Source: Candidatus Kerfeldbacteria bacterium (GTDB taxonomy: Bacteria > Patescibacteriota > Patescibacteriia > SBBC01 > CAIJZX01). From it: 64,000 bases of DNA. The notes beneath the pieces were generated by a model. That model saw nothing but the letters and a program-made list of their open reading frames with translations. It did no database searches and was not told the DNA's origin. Positions 29,572-40,195 of the stretch are shown here, in pieces (position 1 is the stretch's first letter; each line of letters starts with the position of its first letter). The stretch is taken from contig JACPSJ010000005.1 of the NCBI GenBank assembly GCA_016193315.1, positions 68 through 64,067 on the forward strand, read 5' to 3'. The position numbers were made by a program, and so were the translations under genes.

Positions 29572-29964
29572 ATGAAGCAATTGAAACAACTGGCCAAGCT
29601 GGCCCTGTTTGGCAGCTTGATCGGCACCTGGTTTTTTCCTATCGCCTCGCACGCTCAGGGAGCGGCCACAACCTTTAGTATTGAATCGGTCGGGGAACTG
29701 ATCGGGCTCGGCGAAGCTGATCTCAGAGAAGTAGTCATTAACGTTATTCGTTTCGTCCTCGGGTTCATGACCTTAGTGGCGGTGGTTTTCATTATCTACG
29801 GCGGGTTTGTCTGGCTAACCGCCGGCGGCAACGAGGATCGAATCGAGAAAGCAAAGAAAATAATTTCCGCCGCCGTCATTGGCTTGATCGTAATCCTGCT
29901 GGCCTGGGCGATCGTCATCTTCGTCGCTCGGACCACGGCCGACGTCACCGGCAACACACTCTAG
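29572..29964 (+). CDS. TrbC/VirB2-like pilin
   Basis: IIYGGFVWLTAGGNEDRIEKAKKIISAAVIGL. Confidence 0.88.
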   Translation: MKQLKQLAKLALFGSLIGTWFFPIASHAQGAATTFSIESVGELIGLGEADLREVVINVIRFVLGFMTLVAVVFIIYGGFVWLTAGGNEDRIEKAKKIISAAVIGLIVILLAWAIVIFVARTTADVTGNTL

Positions 29965-30012
29965 CCTCATTTTTGACTATTCTGATCCGATCATCCGAAA
30001 GGGGGTGATACC

Positions 30013-30384
30013 ATGAAGAAATTTGCCAAATACGCGTTGATCGCCGGCTCACTGGGCACGGCTTTGCTGCCGATGGTTGCCCACGGTCAAGCTACAACTT
30101 TCAGTGTCGAATCACTTGGTGAACAGATCGGCTTGGGCAGCGCTGACCTGAAAGAGACGGTCATCAACATCCTCCAACTCGTCCTTGGCTTGCTGGCCCT
30201 GATTGCCGTCATCATGATCATCATTGGTGGCTTTACTTGGTTGACCGCCGGTGGAAATGAAGAAAAGGTTGATAAGGCCAAGAAGATTATCTCGGCCGCC
30301 GTCATCGGCCTGATCATCGTCTTGCTGGCCTGGGCGATTGTCATCTTCGTCGCTCGGACCACGGCTGACGTCACCCAGACGTAG
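30013..30384 (+). CDS. TrbC/VirB2-like pilin (close paralog of the preceding gene)
   Basis: IIIGGFTWLTAGGNEEKVDKAKKIISAAVIGL; GGGGGTG SD. Confidence 0.88.
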   Translation: MKKFAKYALIAGSLGTALLPMVAHGQATTFSVESLGEQIGLGSADLKETVINILQLVLGLLALIAVIMIIIGGFTWLTAGGNEEKVDKAKKIISAAVIGLIIVLLAWAIVIFVARTTADVTQT

Positions 30385-30480
30385 GAGGAAACTTCCTGAT
30401 TGCGTAAACTCACCCGCCCCGACGCTTGCGAGCGTCGGGGCGGGGTTGTATTCGCAAACAAATGCGGTACGATAAACGGC

Positions 30481-32415
30481 ATGGACCGACGTTCTTGGTG
30501 GTTCGTTGGCGGTGGTGTCGTGCTATTCTCGCTCATCATCGGCTCCCTGCAGTACGTCAAATTCCGAGACTTCGGCTACAACGGACTCGATCTCGGAATT
30601 TACACCCAGACGATCTGGTCGTTGAGCCAGGGATACGGTTTCGCTTCCTCGATCCACGATCCAACGTACCTTGGTGATCACCTGGAATTGTGGCTGGTGC
30701 CGCTCGCTCAGCTCTACCGGTGGTGGCCGTCACCGCTGCTCATTCTTTGGGCCCAAACACTATTGCTAGCCTCCGCGGCCATTCCCATCGCCTTGCTCGC
30801 TCGTCGCCTACTCGGACCGCGGGTAGCAATCTGGAGTGCCTGGCTGTTTCTCGCCCACCCATTGCTTTACAATGCCGCTCTCTACGAGTTCCACGGCCTC
30901 AGCTTCGCCTTGCCGATCCTTGTTTGGTCCATCGTTGCCTACCACGACCGTCGTTACCGCTGGTGGCTCGCTCTTCTCATTCTGCTGCTTTTCGTTCGTG
31001 AGGACATGCCGTTGCTGGTGGCCGGCTGGGCCTTGTTGGCCGCCATCGAACGTCGCGGGTCGCGGTGGTGGCTGCCACCCCTGGTGCTCGCTGGCCTATG
31101 GTGGTGGGCCGCCAATACGATCATCGGCCAGGCGCAACCACTCGGCCACTACAAGTTCTTGGCCTTCTACCGTTGGCTCGGCGACAGCTACGGCCAGATG
31201 ATAACTTTCCCTTTTCGCCACCCGTTGGTTTTTTTGTCGCACCTCTTCCAGGTCAGGAACTGGCTAACGACCGTCGGCTTCCTCGTCGCCTTCGGCTTCT
31301 TACCGCTCTGGCGACCGCGTCGACTCTGGCCACTGCTGTTAGTCTTCCTACAATTGCTGCTGATCGGCGCCGAAGCAGAATCGATCCTCCGTCTCCACTA
31401 TGTCATCCCCTACCTGCCGTTCTTGATCTGGGCCACGCTCGAGGCGGTCCGCGACCGGCATCAACTGGTTGGCTTCGTTCGGTTCGGCCGCTCGGTGGCA
31501 ACCACGTTAGTGACGATTGTCGCCGTCAGCGGCCCCCTCTACGCCCATCTCCTCTTTGGCCCGGCCGAGTGGCCATGGAAGCCTCGATCCGACCAGGGCT
31601 TAACCGAACCGGCGGTCTTGGGCACGTTCTTGCCGGCCATTAAGGCGGGCGATCGCGTTCTGACCACCTTCAATCTTCTCCCCCATCTCGCCAATCGATC
31701 AACCATTTATTCGCTCAACTACGTTCACCTCGGCCGACGGCAATATTCCGAGGTTCCCTACCGCCTACCAGGACCCATTGACGTGGCCCTCATCGATTGG
31801 CAACAGTATTATCACTACCAATTCTTGTACCAACGCACATTCTATCGCGGCCTCACCGGCCCGCAACGATTCGAACGCTTACTAGCTGATCAAGGGTTGC
31901 GCTTGGCAGCGTGGGTTGACAGCGTCGCCTTGTACGCTCGCGATGGGCGGGACGCGTTCCAACCAACCGCCAAGCTGGCGGTCGGGGAAACGGAAATATC
32001 GGGCGATCGGATACGATTGTTGCGGCCGCCCCAGGTCACCGGTCTCACCAACTCTCCCTTTCATCAGCCAGGCCGAAAAGGGTTCCTGGTTGAACTGGCT
32101 TGGCAAAACGGTCGGAAACTATCCCGGCCGCTGTCAATCCGTTTCCGCCTCAGCCGCGGCGATCGGGTCGTGTGGTCAAGCACCCGTCTGCTCGGCCAAG
32201 GCACGCCGCCCTCAAATGAATGGCGAGCCGGGGAGGCCTGGTTGACGCGGCATCGTCTGGTGACACCAAAAAACGTGCGCGGGCGCCTTCATTTGACGGC
32301 CGAAGTTGTCGCCCTCGAGGGCCGGGTCCGTCTCAACCGCTGGCGGCAGTTCACGCCGGTCATCAGTCAAGAGCGGGTTTACGATCGCGTGCCGATCGGC
32401 TCAATTGAATTATAG
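30481..32415 (+). CDS. DUF2079-like membrane glycosyltransferase (GT-C)
   Basis: DLGIYTQTIW, YLGDH, YEFH, VRED motifs; multi-TM. Confidence 0.82.
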   Translation: MDRRSWWFVGGGVVLFSLIIGSLQYVKFRDFGYNGLDLGIYTQTIWSLSQGYGFASSIHDPTYLGDHLELWLVPLAQLYRWWPSPLLILWAQTLLLASAAIPIALLARRLLGPRVAIWSAWLFLAHPLLYNAALYEFHGLSFALPILVWSIVAYHDRRYRWWLALLILLLFVREDMPLLVAGWALLAAIERRGSRWWLPPLVLAGLWWWAANTIIGQAQPLGHYKFLAFYRWLGDSYGQMITFPFRHPLVFLSHLFQVRNWLTTVGFLVAFGFLPLWRPRRLWPLLLVFLQLLLIGAEAESILRLHYVIPYLPFLIWATLEAVRDRHQLVGFVRFGRSVATTLVTIVAVSGPLYAHLLFGPAEWPWKPRSDQGLTEPAVLGTFLPAIKAGDRVLTTFNLLPHLANRSTIYSLNYVHLGRRQYSEVPYRLPGPIDVALIDWQQYYHYQFLYQRTFYRGLTGPQRFERLLADQGLRLAAWVDSVALYARDGRDAFQPTAKLAVGETEISGDRIRLLRPPQVTGLTNSPFHQPGRKGFLVELAWQNGRKLSRPLSIRFRLSRGDRVVWSSTRLLGQGTPPSNEWRAGEAWLTRHRLVTPKNVRGRLHLTAEVVALEGRVRLNRWRQFTPVISQERVYDRVPIGSIEL

Positions 32416-34008
32416 CTGAAAGAGTCGAACGTCATCTTTTTGGAATACCAGCTGCCAACGCTGATCTGTTTCGGGCCGATAGCCGCCTGGCAACTTATCC
32501 TTCGCCCGCCAGAAAAGCAAGTTAATTCGTAACCGGCGCAACATCTCGGTCCGCTCGGCCGGCGCCAGGCTGTCCGTTCGCCAGGCCTCCCAGTCACGCA
32601 GTCGTCCCTGGAGATCAATAGTTTGGTGACCGTGACCGAGGGCGACGGTCCGTCCGCTGACTCCCGGAATCGTGTTGCCCATCCACACCTCCGACCAGAC
32701 CACGTCCGTTGGTCGGCTATGCGCCTTGAGCCAGAGCATGGCTTCGTATTCGGCGCGGCTGATCCTGGCCGGGTAGTGCGGCTTAGCGTCCGGAAAAACC
32801 TGCGCCGCATCAAGGGCCAGCGAGCGTAGGTTAGAGAGCGCCAGAACGGCGATCATCACACTGACCACGGTCCAGCGAACTACTGCTGGCCGCAATCGCT
32901 GGCTCATCATCACCAGCCCCCAGCCGGCCAATAGGCTGATCGGAAGATGCAAACCGTTGAGCAGGCGGCGCTGAAAAGTCAGGCCGGGCAGATAAATAAC
33001 CGCTAATCCCACCATCGCCCAGATGAAAAACAGCGTCAGCACACTCGGTCGCCGATGGCGGTCGGCCAGAAGGCCAATCGCGGCTAGGGGCCACAATAAA
33101 CCGAAGGCTAAGAAAACAAGATGTGGCGGGGACGTCGTATCGACATTTTGCCGCAGCCAACCGGCCATCGCCGGTTCTCGCAGAACGACCACGAGGTAGT
33201 AGACGACGACCGGCAGGACCCAGACCAGCCACTGAAGGCCAGCCACGACCATCTCCCGCCATCGTTCACCTGGCCAACGACCGCTTGCGGTCAGCCACAG
33301 AAAACTGGCGACTAAGACCGCCACGACGGTGAATAGATCGTAGGGATGGATCAGGGCCAGCAGGCCGAGCGCCGGACCGATCCATCGTTTACCACGCGAT
33401 ACTTGCCCGGCCCAGAGCAGCCAGCCTTGCCAGAGAATAAAAAGCAGCAAGGCTTGCGAGCCGATGAACAGCGCGGAGTGCCCGATTGACAGGAACGTGT
33501 TGCTCTCCGCCACCCACAGATCGACCGGCGTGCTGTTCAGCTGAACATCGCCGCGCCAGTCGGCCCGCGTCAGCCACCCAAGCCCTGAACTGGTGACCAC
33601 CACTGCCAGCACTAACCACCGGCCGGCCGGACGCAGCGAGACCGTCATCAGGATCCGGTAGAGAAGAAGCACAAACGCCCACGCCGCCAGGAGGCGAGCG
33701 GCCTGATATGCCGCTGGGGTCGACCAAGAGGTCAGCGCCCCTAACCAGCCAGTGAACAACCACAGCGGATGGAAGAGTGTCGGTCGTTGCGGTTCGCTGG
33801 TGAACTGATTACTCACTAACACTCCTCCTTGCCGGGCTTGTTCGATGTCGGAGTAATAGGCGGTCGTGTCGGCCCCGGTGATCGGCACCCTGGCGACGTA
33901 GACCTGATCCGCCGGCGTGCTCAACCAGCCGACCCACAGCGGCAGCCCGCTTACCCCCCACAACGCCAGTGCGACCAGGCCGATGGTCAGATGTTCGGTC
34001 CGGGTCAT
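32410..34008 (-). CDS. GT-C-like multi-TM protein
   Basis: D..AYYSDIEQ..QG....NQFTSEP, DLWVAE, HPY, FQRR. Confidence 0.75.
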   Translation of the reverse strand: MTRTEHLTIGLVALALWGVSGLPLWVGWLSTPADQVYVARVPITGADTTAYYSDIEQARQGGVLVSNQFTSEPQRPTLFHPLWLFTGWLGALTSWSTPAAYQAARLLAAWAFVLLLYRILMTVSLRPAGRWLVLAVVVTSSGLGWLTRADWRGDVQLNSTPVDLWVAESNTFLSIGHSALFIGSQALLLFILWQGWLLWAGQVSRGKRWIGPALGLLALIHPYDLFTVVAVLVASFLWLTASGRWPGERWREMVVAGLQWLVWVLPVVVYYLVVVLREPAMAGWLRQNVDTTSPPHLVFLAFGLLWPLAAIGLLADRHRRPSVLTLFFIWAMVGLAVIYLPGLTFQRRLLNGLHLPISLLAGWGLVMMSQRLRPAVVRWTVVSVMIAVLALSNLRSLALDAAQVFPDAKPHYPARISRAEYEAMLWLKAHSRPTDVVWSEVWMGNTIPGVSGRTVALGHGHQTIDLQGRLRDWEAWRTDSLAPAERTEMLRRLRINLLFWRAKDKLPGGYRPETDQRWQLVFQKDDVRLFQL

Positions 34009-35603
34009 GGACAGTCGCTTAGACGGTACAGTGCCATTGTCGGGCCGGACCAGAATCGCTCCAGATCTGGCCACTGAGCAGCTTGAAAGTTTGTTCCGTA
34101 GGCTCGTTCCCGCGGTCCGTCGAGAACAAAACAGATGTGGCGGCCACGAAGAAACTGTCGCTCTTCTGTTTGGTCCATCGACTGGTAGAATTGCCGCAGT
34201 TGTTTCAGTTTGTCGTTGAATCTGACGGTCTCGATGCCGTGACCGATATACACTGGTTGGGCGGCCAGCGCGGCGATCGCTTGACTGTTGGTGACGCTGG
34301 CTAGGACCGCGCCCTGGCGGCGTTCGAGCGGCCTAATCGAGCTGATAAGCGACCGAAGTTCTGGCGAATGGTAGGAGAGGTATTGAGCGCCCGCCCGAAG
34401 CTCGTTTAGATACCCACTTACTATCGCCCCGATCACTCGGGCTCCCGAAAAACTCATGATCACCACAAACAAACCAATGATTGGCCACCGCAGGAATTGG
34501 GGGTGGGTGTGCGTCCACTCCCAAGCTCTAGCTACGGCTGGCACGGCCAGGGCGGCGACAAACATAAACATGCCCTGGCTCAGTCGACGCTGAAACGGTA
34601 ACGGCAGGTAGATGGCGATGACATAGGCCGCCAGGATGGTTATCAGCCAGCGCCACCGCCAATCCGTGGAACGCAGCCGCCACAGACCTACAGCGGCCGC
34701 CCCTCCCACCAGCCCCACCAGGACAAATGTGTTCGGCCATGACCACGTGGTGGTGATGTTTTGGGCGGCCCGGGCCACTGTCAGCGGGTCAAACAGGCGC
34801 TGGAGACCGAACAAAATCAGCATTGGCGAGGCCATGAACAGCACGGCTAGCCATCCGAGCACATAGCGCCAGGGGAATTTTCGACTCCTGGCCCAATGAA
34901 CCGCCGTTAGCAAGAGCCAGGCGACCAACCAGGTGAAAATGTGGAACGGGTGCAGGCTGAGGACGCCCGCGGCCACCAGGCCAGCCCAACCAATGAACGA
35001 CCACCTTCGTTCAGCCCAAAAACGTTCGACCGAAACCAGCATAAACACCAGGCCGGCGGTAATGAGGATGAAGTGCGGGCTGGATAATAGCGTCAGCGAT
35101 GGCAGCGCCTCCGCCACCCATAGATCGGGCGCGGTTGTCAATATTACCGGCTGCTGGCCGAGCGTCAGCCAACCGCCAATGCCGCCGCCGAAAAGTGCCA
35201 GCACCAACCCGACCCGCCGATCAAGCGGGCGGCGGAATATCCACTTCATCGCCGACCATAAACTCAACACCAGGATCGGAACTGCCAACCAACGCGCCAG
35301 TATATACGCCGTCGGGGTACTCGCCCCGAACAACGCTGCCAACCGACCCACTAACCACCACAGCGGCTGCCACAGAGTGGCCCGGTGCGGCTCGCTGGTG
35401 AACGCATCATACATGAACGGGCTACCGTGGCGGCCCTGCTCGATATAGCTGTAATAGACGCCTGGGTCACTCGGGTTGAGCGCCGAGTTACCGTAGAATT
35501 CGTACCCTCGTGGCGTCAGCGCCCAACCGATCAGGAACGGAACGATCGACCAAGCCAGGGCGACGAACGTCACCGCCCACCAGAATCTACGATCGCTGCT
35601 CAT
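34005..35603 (-). CDS. GT-C-like multi-TM protein (paralog of 32410..34008)
   Basis: DPGVYYSYIEQG, FTSEPH, DLWVAE, HPF, FQRR. Confidence 0.75.
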   Translation of the reverse strand: MSSDRRFWWAVTFVALAWSIVPFLIGWALTPRGYEFYGNSALNPSDPGVYYSYIEQGRHGSPFMYDAFTSEPHRATLWQPLWWLVGRLAALFGASTPTAYILARWLAVPILVLSLWSAMKWIFRRPLDRRVGLVLALFGGGIGGWLTLGQQPVILTTAPDLWVAEALPSLTLLSSPHFILITAGLVFMLVSVERFWAERRWSFIGWAGLVAAGVLSLHPFHIFTWLVAWLLLTAVHWARSRKFPWRYVLGWLAVLFMASPMLILFGLQRLFDPLTVARAAQNITTTWSWPNTFVLVGLVGGAAAVGLWRLRSTDWRWRWLITILAAYVIAIYLPLPFQRRLSQGMFMFVAALAVPAVARAWEWTHTHPQFLRWPIIGLFVVIMSFSGARVIGAIVSGYLNELRAGAQYLSYHSPELRSLISSIRPLERRQGAVLASVTNSQAIAALAAQPVYIGHGIETVRFNDKLKQLRQFYQSMDQTEERQFLRGRHICFVLDGPRERAYGTNFQAAQWPDLERFWSGPTMALYRLSDCP

Positions 35604-36873
35604 GGTCCGCGAGCACGAAGGCGGCGGCGCCCAGCCAGACGAGGGAAGACAGATAATTGTCGAAAACGAATCGACTGGTCAACGACAGGCCGAACGTTAC
35701 CATCACCGTTCCGAACAGCAACTGGCTAAGGGTGGGGTTTTTCTGCAACCACCGCATCATCAGCGCCAGCATAACAAGCCCGACGCTGACCTGAACGACG
35801 GTGCTGGGAATTGGACCCCAGGCGTTGTGGACGGGATCAAGGATAACTTTTAGTTGCCAGAGCGTGCTGCCGCCGATCGGGTACGATAGCGGAATGTTCC
35901 CTGACACATAACGGATAAGATCGTCATACAGGGCGGGTGCGTTCCACACCAAGAATGGTCCATAGATGACCGCCGCGGTAATCGCCGTCACCGCCATCGA
36001 TCGCCAGAGGGCCCGGCGCTGCGTCTGATCGACCATGCGGCTCTGCAACCACAACCACCACGCCCACAGCGGCGCGGCGGCCCAGACGAGTTGCTTCGCC
36101 CCGAGCGCCAGGCCGAATGCTAAACCAGCCCAACCCCACTGTCGACGAGCCGCTAACGCCACAGCGAGAAGCACCAGCCCGATCGCCAGCGCGTCATTAT
36201 AGCCGGCCACCGGGTATAAGAAGATAAATGGGTTACCGAGGGTCAGAATCGTCCATAACGATCGGCTGCGCCAGGTGGGCAGGAGACGGACAATGGCGAT
36301 CACGCCAACGAACAGCGCGATGACATAGACCATTTGGACCTCTGGTACCGTGCCGATGTTCTTGGCCATCAACACCATTGGCACGGCGACTAGAAACGTC
36401 AACGGCGGATAGGCGTAGTGCGTCTTCGGCGAACTGCTGGCGGGAAGAGAGTCTCCGGTCACGTTATCGAGAATCGTTCCGACGTAACTAACGGCATACG
36501 GATTTTTGCCGGCCAGCAGAAGTTCAGCGGCCGCTTCGGTCTGCAACGCCCCATCGTGCGTGACGTGCCATGGCTGGTGAGTGGCGCGAACGACGGCGTG
36601 CCGTGCGCTCGTGCCAATCACCATGACGGCGGCCAAAACAAATATGGTCCAAAACCGCCGTCGTTCTGAACGAGGCCCGGGCTGTCTGGCCATGATAACC
36701 AGCACGATAAACCCCCCGATGGCCACCAGGTCGTAGAAATACTGCAACAACGGCACCGACCAGTGGAGGAGCATGCTCCCATTGAGGATGTAGTAATCGA
36801 GACCAGGGGCATAGAACAGCCGGCCAGCGACGAGGCCGAAGACAAGGAAGAGGATGGCTTCAAGCGTGATCAT
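35587..36873 (-). CDS. GT87-like membrane glycosyltransferase
   Basis: HDGA..TE.A..LL.GKNPY, YAYPP, GYND, KQ. Confidence 0.78.
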   Translation of the reverse strand: MITLEAILFLVFGLVAGRLFYAPGLDYYILNGSMLLHWSVPLLQYFYDLVAIGGFIVLVIMARQPGPRSERRRFWTIFVLAAVMVIGTSARHAVVRATHQPWHVTHDGALQTEAAAELLLAGKNPYAVSYVGTILDNVTGDSLPASSSPKTHYAYPPLTFLVAVPMVLMAKNIGTVPEVQMVYVIALFVGVIAIVRLLPTWRSRSLWTILTLGNPFIFLYPVAGYNDALAIGLVLLAVALAARRQWGWAGLAFGLALGAKQLVWAAAPLWAWWLWLQSRMVDQTQRRALWRSMAVTAITAAVIYGPFLVWNAPALYDDLIRYVSGNIPLSYPIGGSTLWQLKVILDPVHNAWGPIPSTVVQVSVGLVMLALMMRWLQKNPTLSQLLFGTVMVTFGLSLTSRFVFDNYLSSLVWLGAAAFVLADHEQRS

Positions 36874-38216
36874 AGATCGGACGATTCCGGTCGGGCCGGC
36901 GGCTTGAACGCATAGGCGGCCACCCCTAAGAGGATTAAAGTGGTCAGGTAATTGTTGTTGAAGTATCGACTGACCAGCAGGATCGACAGGCTGAGAACCA
37001 CGACGGCGGTCAGAAATCGCTCGGCCCCCGGACGTTGCCACAACCAACGGCTGGCCAATACCAAGACCGGTAGCCCAACGATCAATTGGAAAAGGTGGGT
37101 TGGCAGGACGGTCCACGGCGACTGGACCAGGCCCCAAACCCGAAGATACTGCAGCGCCGTGCTGCCGGAAATGGGATAGGAAAAGGGAATCGCCCCGGAA
37201 GCGTAACGAACAATGTCATCGTAGAGCGCGGCTCCGTTCCAGACGACAAATGGAACGAAGATAATCGCCACGCCGGTCAACGTGCCGGTCAAACCGAGTT
37301 TCCAGCTTTGCCTGTCGCCTCGGCGTCGTCGCGCCCAGAGCCACACCAGCCAAAGTGGCAGTGCCACCCAAGCGCTTTGCTTGGCCGCTAGCGCCAGGGC
37401 GACCGATATACCAGCCAGCCTCCACCGCTGGCGCTCGCCAGCCCAGGCAGCTACGACCAGGCCCAGGGCGGGCACAACGTCATTATATCCAACGAGGACG
37501 TAGAGCCAGACAAAGGGGTTCAGCCCGCCCAACACAAGCGTGGTTGTTCTGATCTGCCAATTGCCGGTCATAACCACGAGGAGGGAGGTGATGACCAAAA
37601 AAGCCAATCCGTAGACGAGGCGGACGTCCGGAACCAAGCCTAGTCCGTCGGCCAGTAACGTCCATGGAGCCTGGAGGAGAAAGGTAAGCGGCGGATAGAT
37701 GTAGTGTGACCAGACGACGTTGACCGTTGGGCCACCGGGGATTGATGGATTGACGTCGGCATATGGTGTGCCGCGATAGTCAGCTTCATATGGGTTGCCG
37801 CCACCCAAGATTGCTTTCGCCGCCACCTCGGTGTGAACTGCTCCGTCGTGGATGCCGACCGGCAATCCGGACGGACCACGCACTGACAACTGCCTACTGA
37901 AAGCGAAAATTAAGACTAGCAGCGTCGCGCCGCTGGCGATCCAGAATCTATGCCGTGGCGCACGCTCGTTATTTTTCCCGCCGACGACGACCATCGCCAA
38001 GAAACCGGCGTAGATAATCAGGTAGAAAACCAGTGTCCCGCCCGTTAACGGCAAGTATGGAGCGATAAAATTCGTGCTCAGTAGGCTGGCGGCGGCAAAG
38101 CCGAAGATGAGAAACAGTAAGCTATCGACAGTCACCCCGTTAGAGCGATCGATGGCGTGGTCTGGAGTGGCTAGGTGCTCAATGGCGCCTGATGGCTTTC
38201 GCTCTAACGGGGTCAT
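36870..38216 (-). CDS. GT87-like membrane glycosyltransferase (paralog)
   Basis: HDGA..TE.A...L.G.NPY, YIYPP, GYND, KQ. Confidence 0.78.
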   Translation of the reverse strand: MTPLERKPSGAIEHLATPDHAIDRSNGVTVDSLLFLIFGFAAASLLSTNFIAPYLPLTGGTLVFYLIIYAGFLAMVVVGGKNNERAPRHRFWIASGATLLVLIFAFSRQLSVRGPSGLPVGIHDGAVHTEVAAKAILGGGNPYEADYRGTPYADVNPSIPGGPTVNVVWSHYIYPPLTFLLQAPWTLLADGLGLVPDVRLVYGLAFLVITSLLVVMTGNWQIRTTTLVLGGLNPFVWLYVLVGYNDVVPALGLVVAAWAGERQRWRLAGISVALALAAKQSAWVALPLWLVWLWARRRRGDRQSWKLGLTGTLTGVAIIFVPFVVWNGAALYDDIVRYASGAIPFSYPISGSTALQYLRVWGLVQSPWTVLPTHLFQLIVGLPVLVLASRWLWQRPGAERFLTAVVVLSLSILLVSRYFNNNYLTTLILLGVAAYAFKPPARPESSDL

Positions 38217-39850
38217 GAGCTTTTGTGTACCGCCTCGTATATTGCCGCTTCGTCGTCACGGTAACGGAGAATGAAACGCCCGTCCTGGCGGACAAGATCC
38301 TCCATTCCTTGATGATCGCCGGCGATGAAGACGTACGCGCTGGCGAGCTTCATGGTCACCGCCTCGTACAGATCGCCCCGGTACTTGCCGAGGGTGATAT
38401 CAACCCACGTCCAATAGCGTTGATGGTCGGCTTGATAGAGAAACGTCGGATCGAGACCGGCGATGTAGGTATTGTGACTGTTGTGGTAGAAAAGTAGCGG
38501 GAACTCGTCCCAATCCGAGTGGACCACCCGGCTGCCGGCTGGGGTATGGTTGGCTAGCCAGTTGGCGGCCGCCACGTATTGACTGGCTCGGAATCCTTGA
38601 CGCAGATCCTGCCAGTTGCCGTAGGCGTCACGCCCCCCGAGGTAGCCGAGGCCAACCAGACCCAGTGTCACGACGAATGAGATCAGGGCGCGTCCCCACC
38701 ACCGCTGTCGCCAAAAGTAGTACAGCTCGCTACCCACCAAGTGGCCAAAGCGGCCTTTCAGCGTATCCGTCAGGCTGTAGGCGGCGAAGAGCAGCGCCGT
38801 GGGAACATAGTACTCGACATACCGCCGAGACTTGAGGGTTAGCACAAAGAAGAAAGCGGCTAGCAGTCCAAGCGTCAACGCTTGCTTCGTTTGGGCTCGA
38901 AACCGGACCAGCACGCCAGCCAGCGCCAACAGCACTACCAGTGATGTCAACGCCGTGTTGCCCACCAGATCATTGAATCCGTACGGATACCACTCGCCGC
39001 CGACGCCAATCACATCGCGAAAGTTGATAACGCCGATGCTGATCAACTGGTGAGAGTAAAAAGGGAAGTTGACGGGAAAATAGGGGTTGATGACCAAGCC
39101 AGCGAGCGTCCCACCGATGACGGTCATGATCAGACGGAGGTTTAGACGCTTGACTCGGTGGGTTCGAGAATGACGGCTGACCAGCGCCAGAATCTTCTGC
39201 GTCCAGCGGTGCGGGTTGATCCGGCTAATAAAACGATTGTGGAGGGTGCTGACGCCAGCGTAGATCGCGGTCCCGACCGTCAACAGGGGAAATCCGCCGT
39301 AGTACCAGACATAGGTAAAAGCTAGACCGAAGAGTCGGCGCAGGTGGTATTGCCAAGCCCAGCCCAGGCCGATGAAGAGGAAGACGAGTGAGGTGCTCGG
39401 CGCTTTAGCCAACGAGATGCGAAAAGCGAACGGTCGAGTCAGCACGAGAATGAGAACGAACGCGAGTGCCCAGCGTACGCCATGCTGCCGCATCAGCCAA
39501 TAGACGACGGTGGCTAAGAGGGCACCGAAAAACACGGTGGCCAGTTTGATCCCAATCAGCGGCGGCAGCCAGGTGACGAAGGGGATAAGCGCCACGTGGT
39601 AGAGGAAGTGCTGATCAGTATACTGTGCCCCAAGCACGGTCAGGCCCAGCCAGGAAAAATCGTGGATCGCCCCTTGATCGCGGATGAGGATCGCCATTTT
39701 GGCGTGGTAGAACGAGTCGGGGTCAGCAAAGATCGGGCTGGCTTGGAGTGCCAGGAAGAAAGCAAACGTCACGACAAAAACGAATAGATACGACAGCCAC
39801 CACCACTCGGCTCGGAGGTGTGAGCCCCAGTCATCTCGCGAGCGCGTCAT
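38213..39850 (-). CDS. GT-C-like membrane glycosyltransferase
   Basis: DPDSFYHAK, INPYFP, GGEW, SRRYVEY, SDWD motifs. Confidence 0.75.
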   Translation of the reverse strand: MTRSRDDWGSHLRAEWWWLSYLFVFVVTFAFFLALQASPIFADPDSFYHAKMAILIRDQGAIHDFSWLGLTVLGAQYTDQHFLYHVALIPFVTWLPPLIGIKLATVFFGALLATVVYWLMRQHGVRWALAFVLILVLTRPFAFRISLAKAPSTSLVFLFIGLGWAWQYHLRRLFGLAFTYVWYYGGFPLLTVGTAIYAGVSTLHNRFISRINPHRWTQKILALVSRHSRTHRVKRLNLRLIMTVIGGTLAGLVINPYFPVNFPFYSHQLISIGVINFRDVIGVGGEWYPYGFNDLVGNTALTSLVVLLALAGVLVRFRAQTKQALTLGLLAAFFFVLTLKSRRYVEYYVPTALLFAAYSLTDTLKGRFGHLVGSELYYFWRQRWWGRALISFVVTLGLVGLGYLGGRDAYGNWQDLRQGFRASQYVAAANWLANHTPAGSRVVHSDWDEFPLLFYHNSHNTYIAGLDPTFLYQADHQRYWTWVDITLGKYRGDLYEAVTMKLASAYVFIAGDHQGMEDLVRQDGRFILRYRDDEAAIYEAVHKSS

Positions 39851-40195
39851 GGTTGCTAGTATAGCAGAATTTGGCTAGCTCGTGAGCAAAAATCGGGCCG
39901 CTGTCTTCGGGCTGGGGAAGACGATGAAAGCGCTTCCGGCCAAGCATGGGCGCCAGAAGTCGCTCCCATCGAATTTTGTCTTTCGTGGCGACGCCCGTAA
40001 CGAGTATCCCCACGCACTGAGGACTCTAGCAAATGATTTTTCACAAATCAAGGCGACTGGTCGAAACATGCGCCGGCGTTTCATCTACACCATTCTTCGC
40101 CATTCTTCCCGCATGGAAATGTCGAACTGGCTTGACGTTAGCGGTCAAATATAGTAGATTAGTCGCGGAAGCTAGTCGCCCGTGGGGCTGATTTT

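Noticed and set aside
39856-40154. Several short overlapping ORFs between the GT-C cluster and yebC
   Set aside because: No recognisable product or clear structure; cannot support a call
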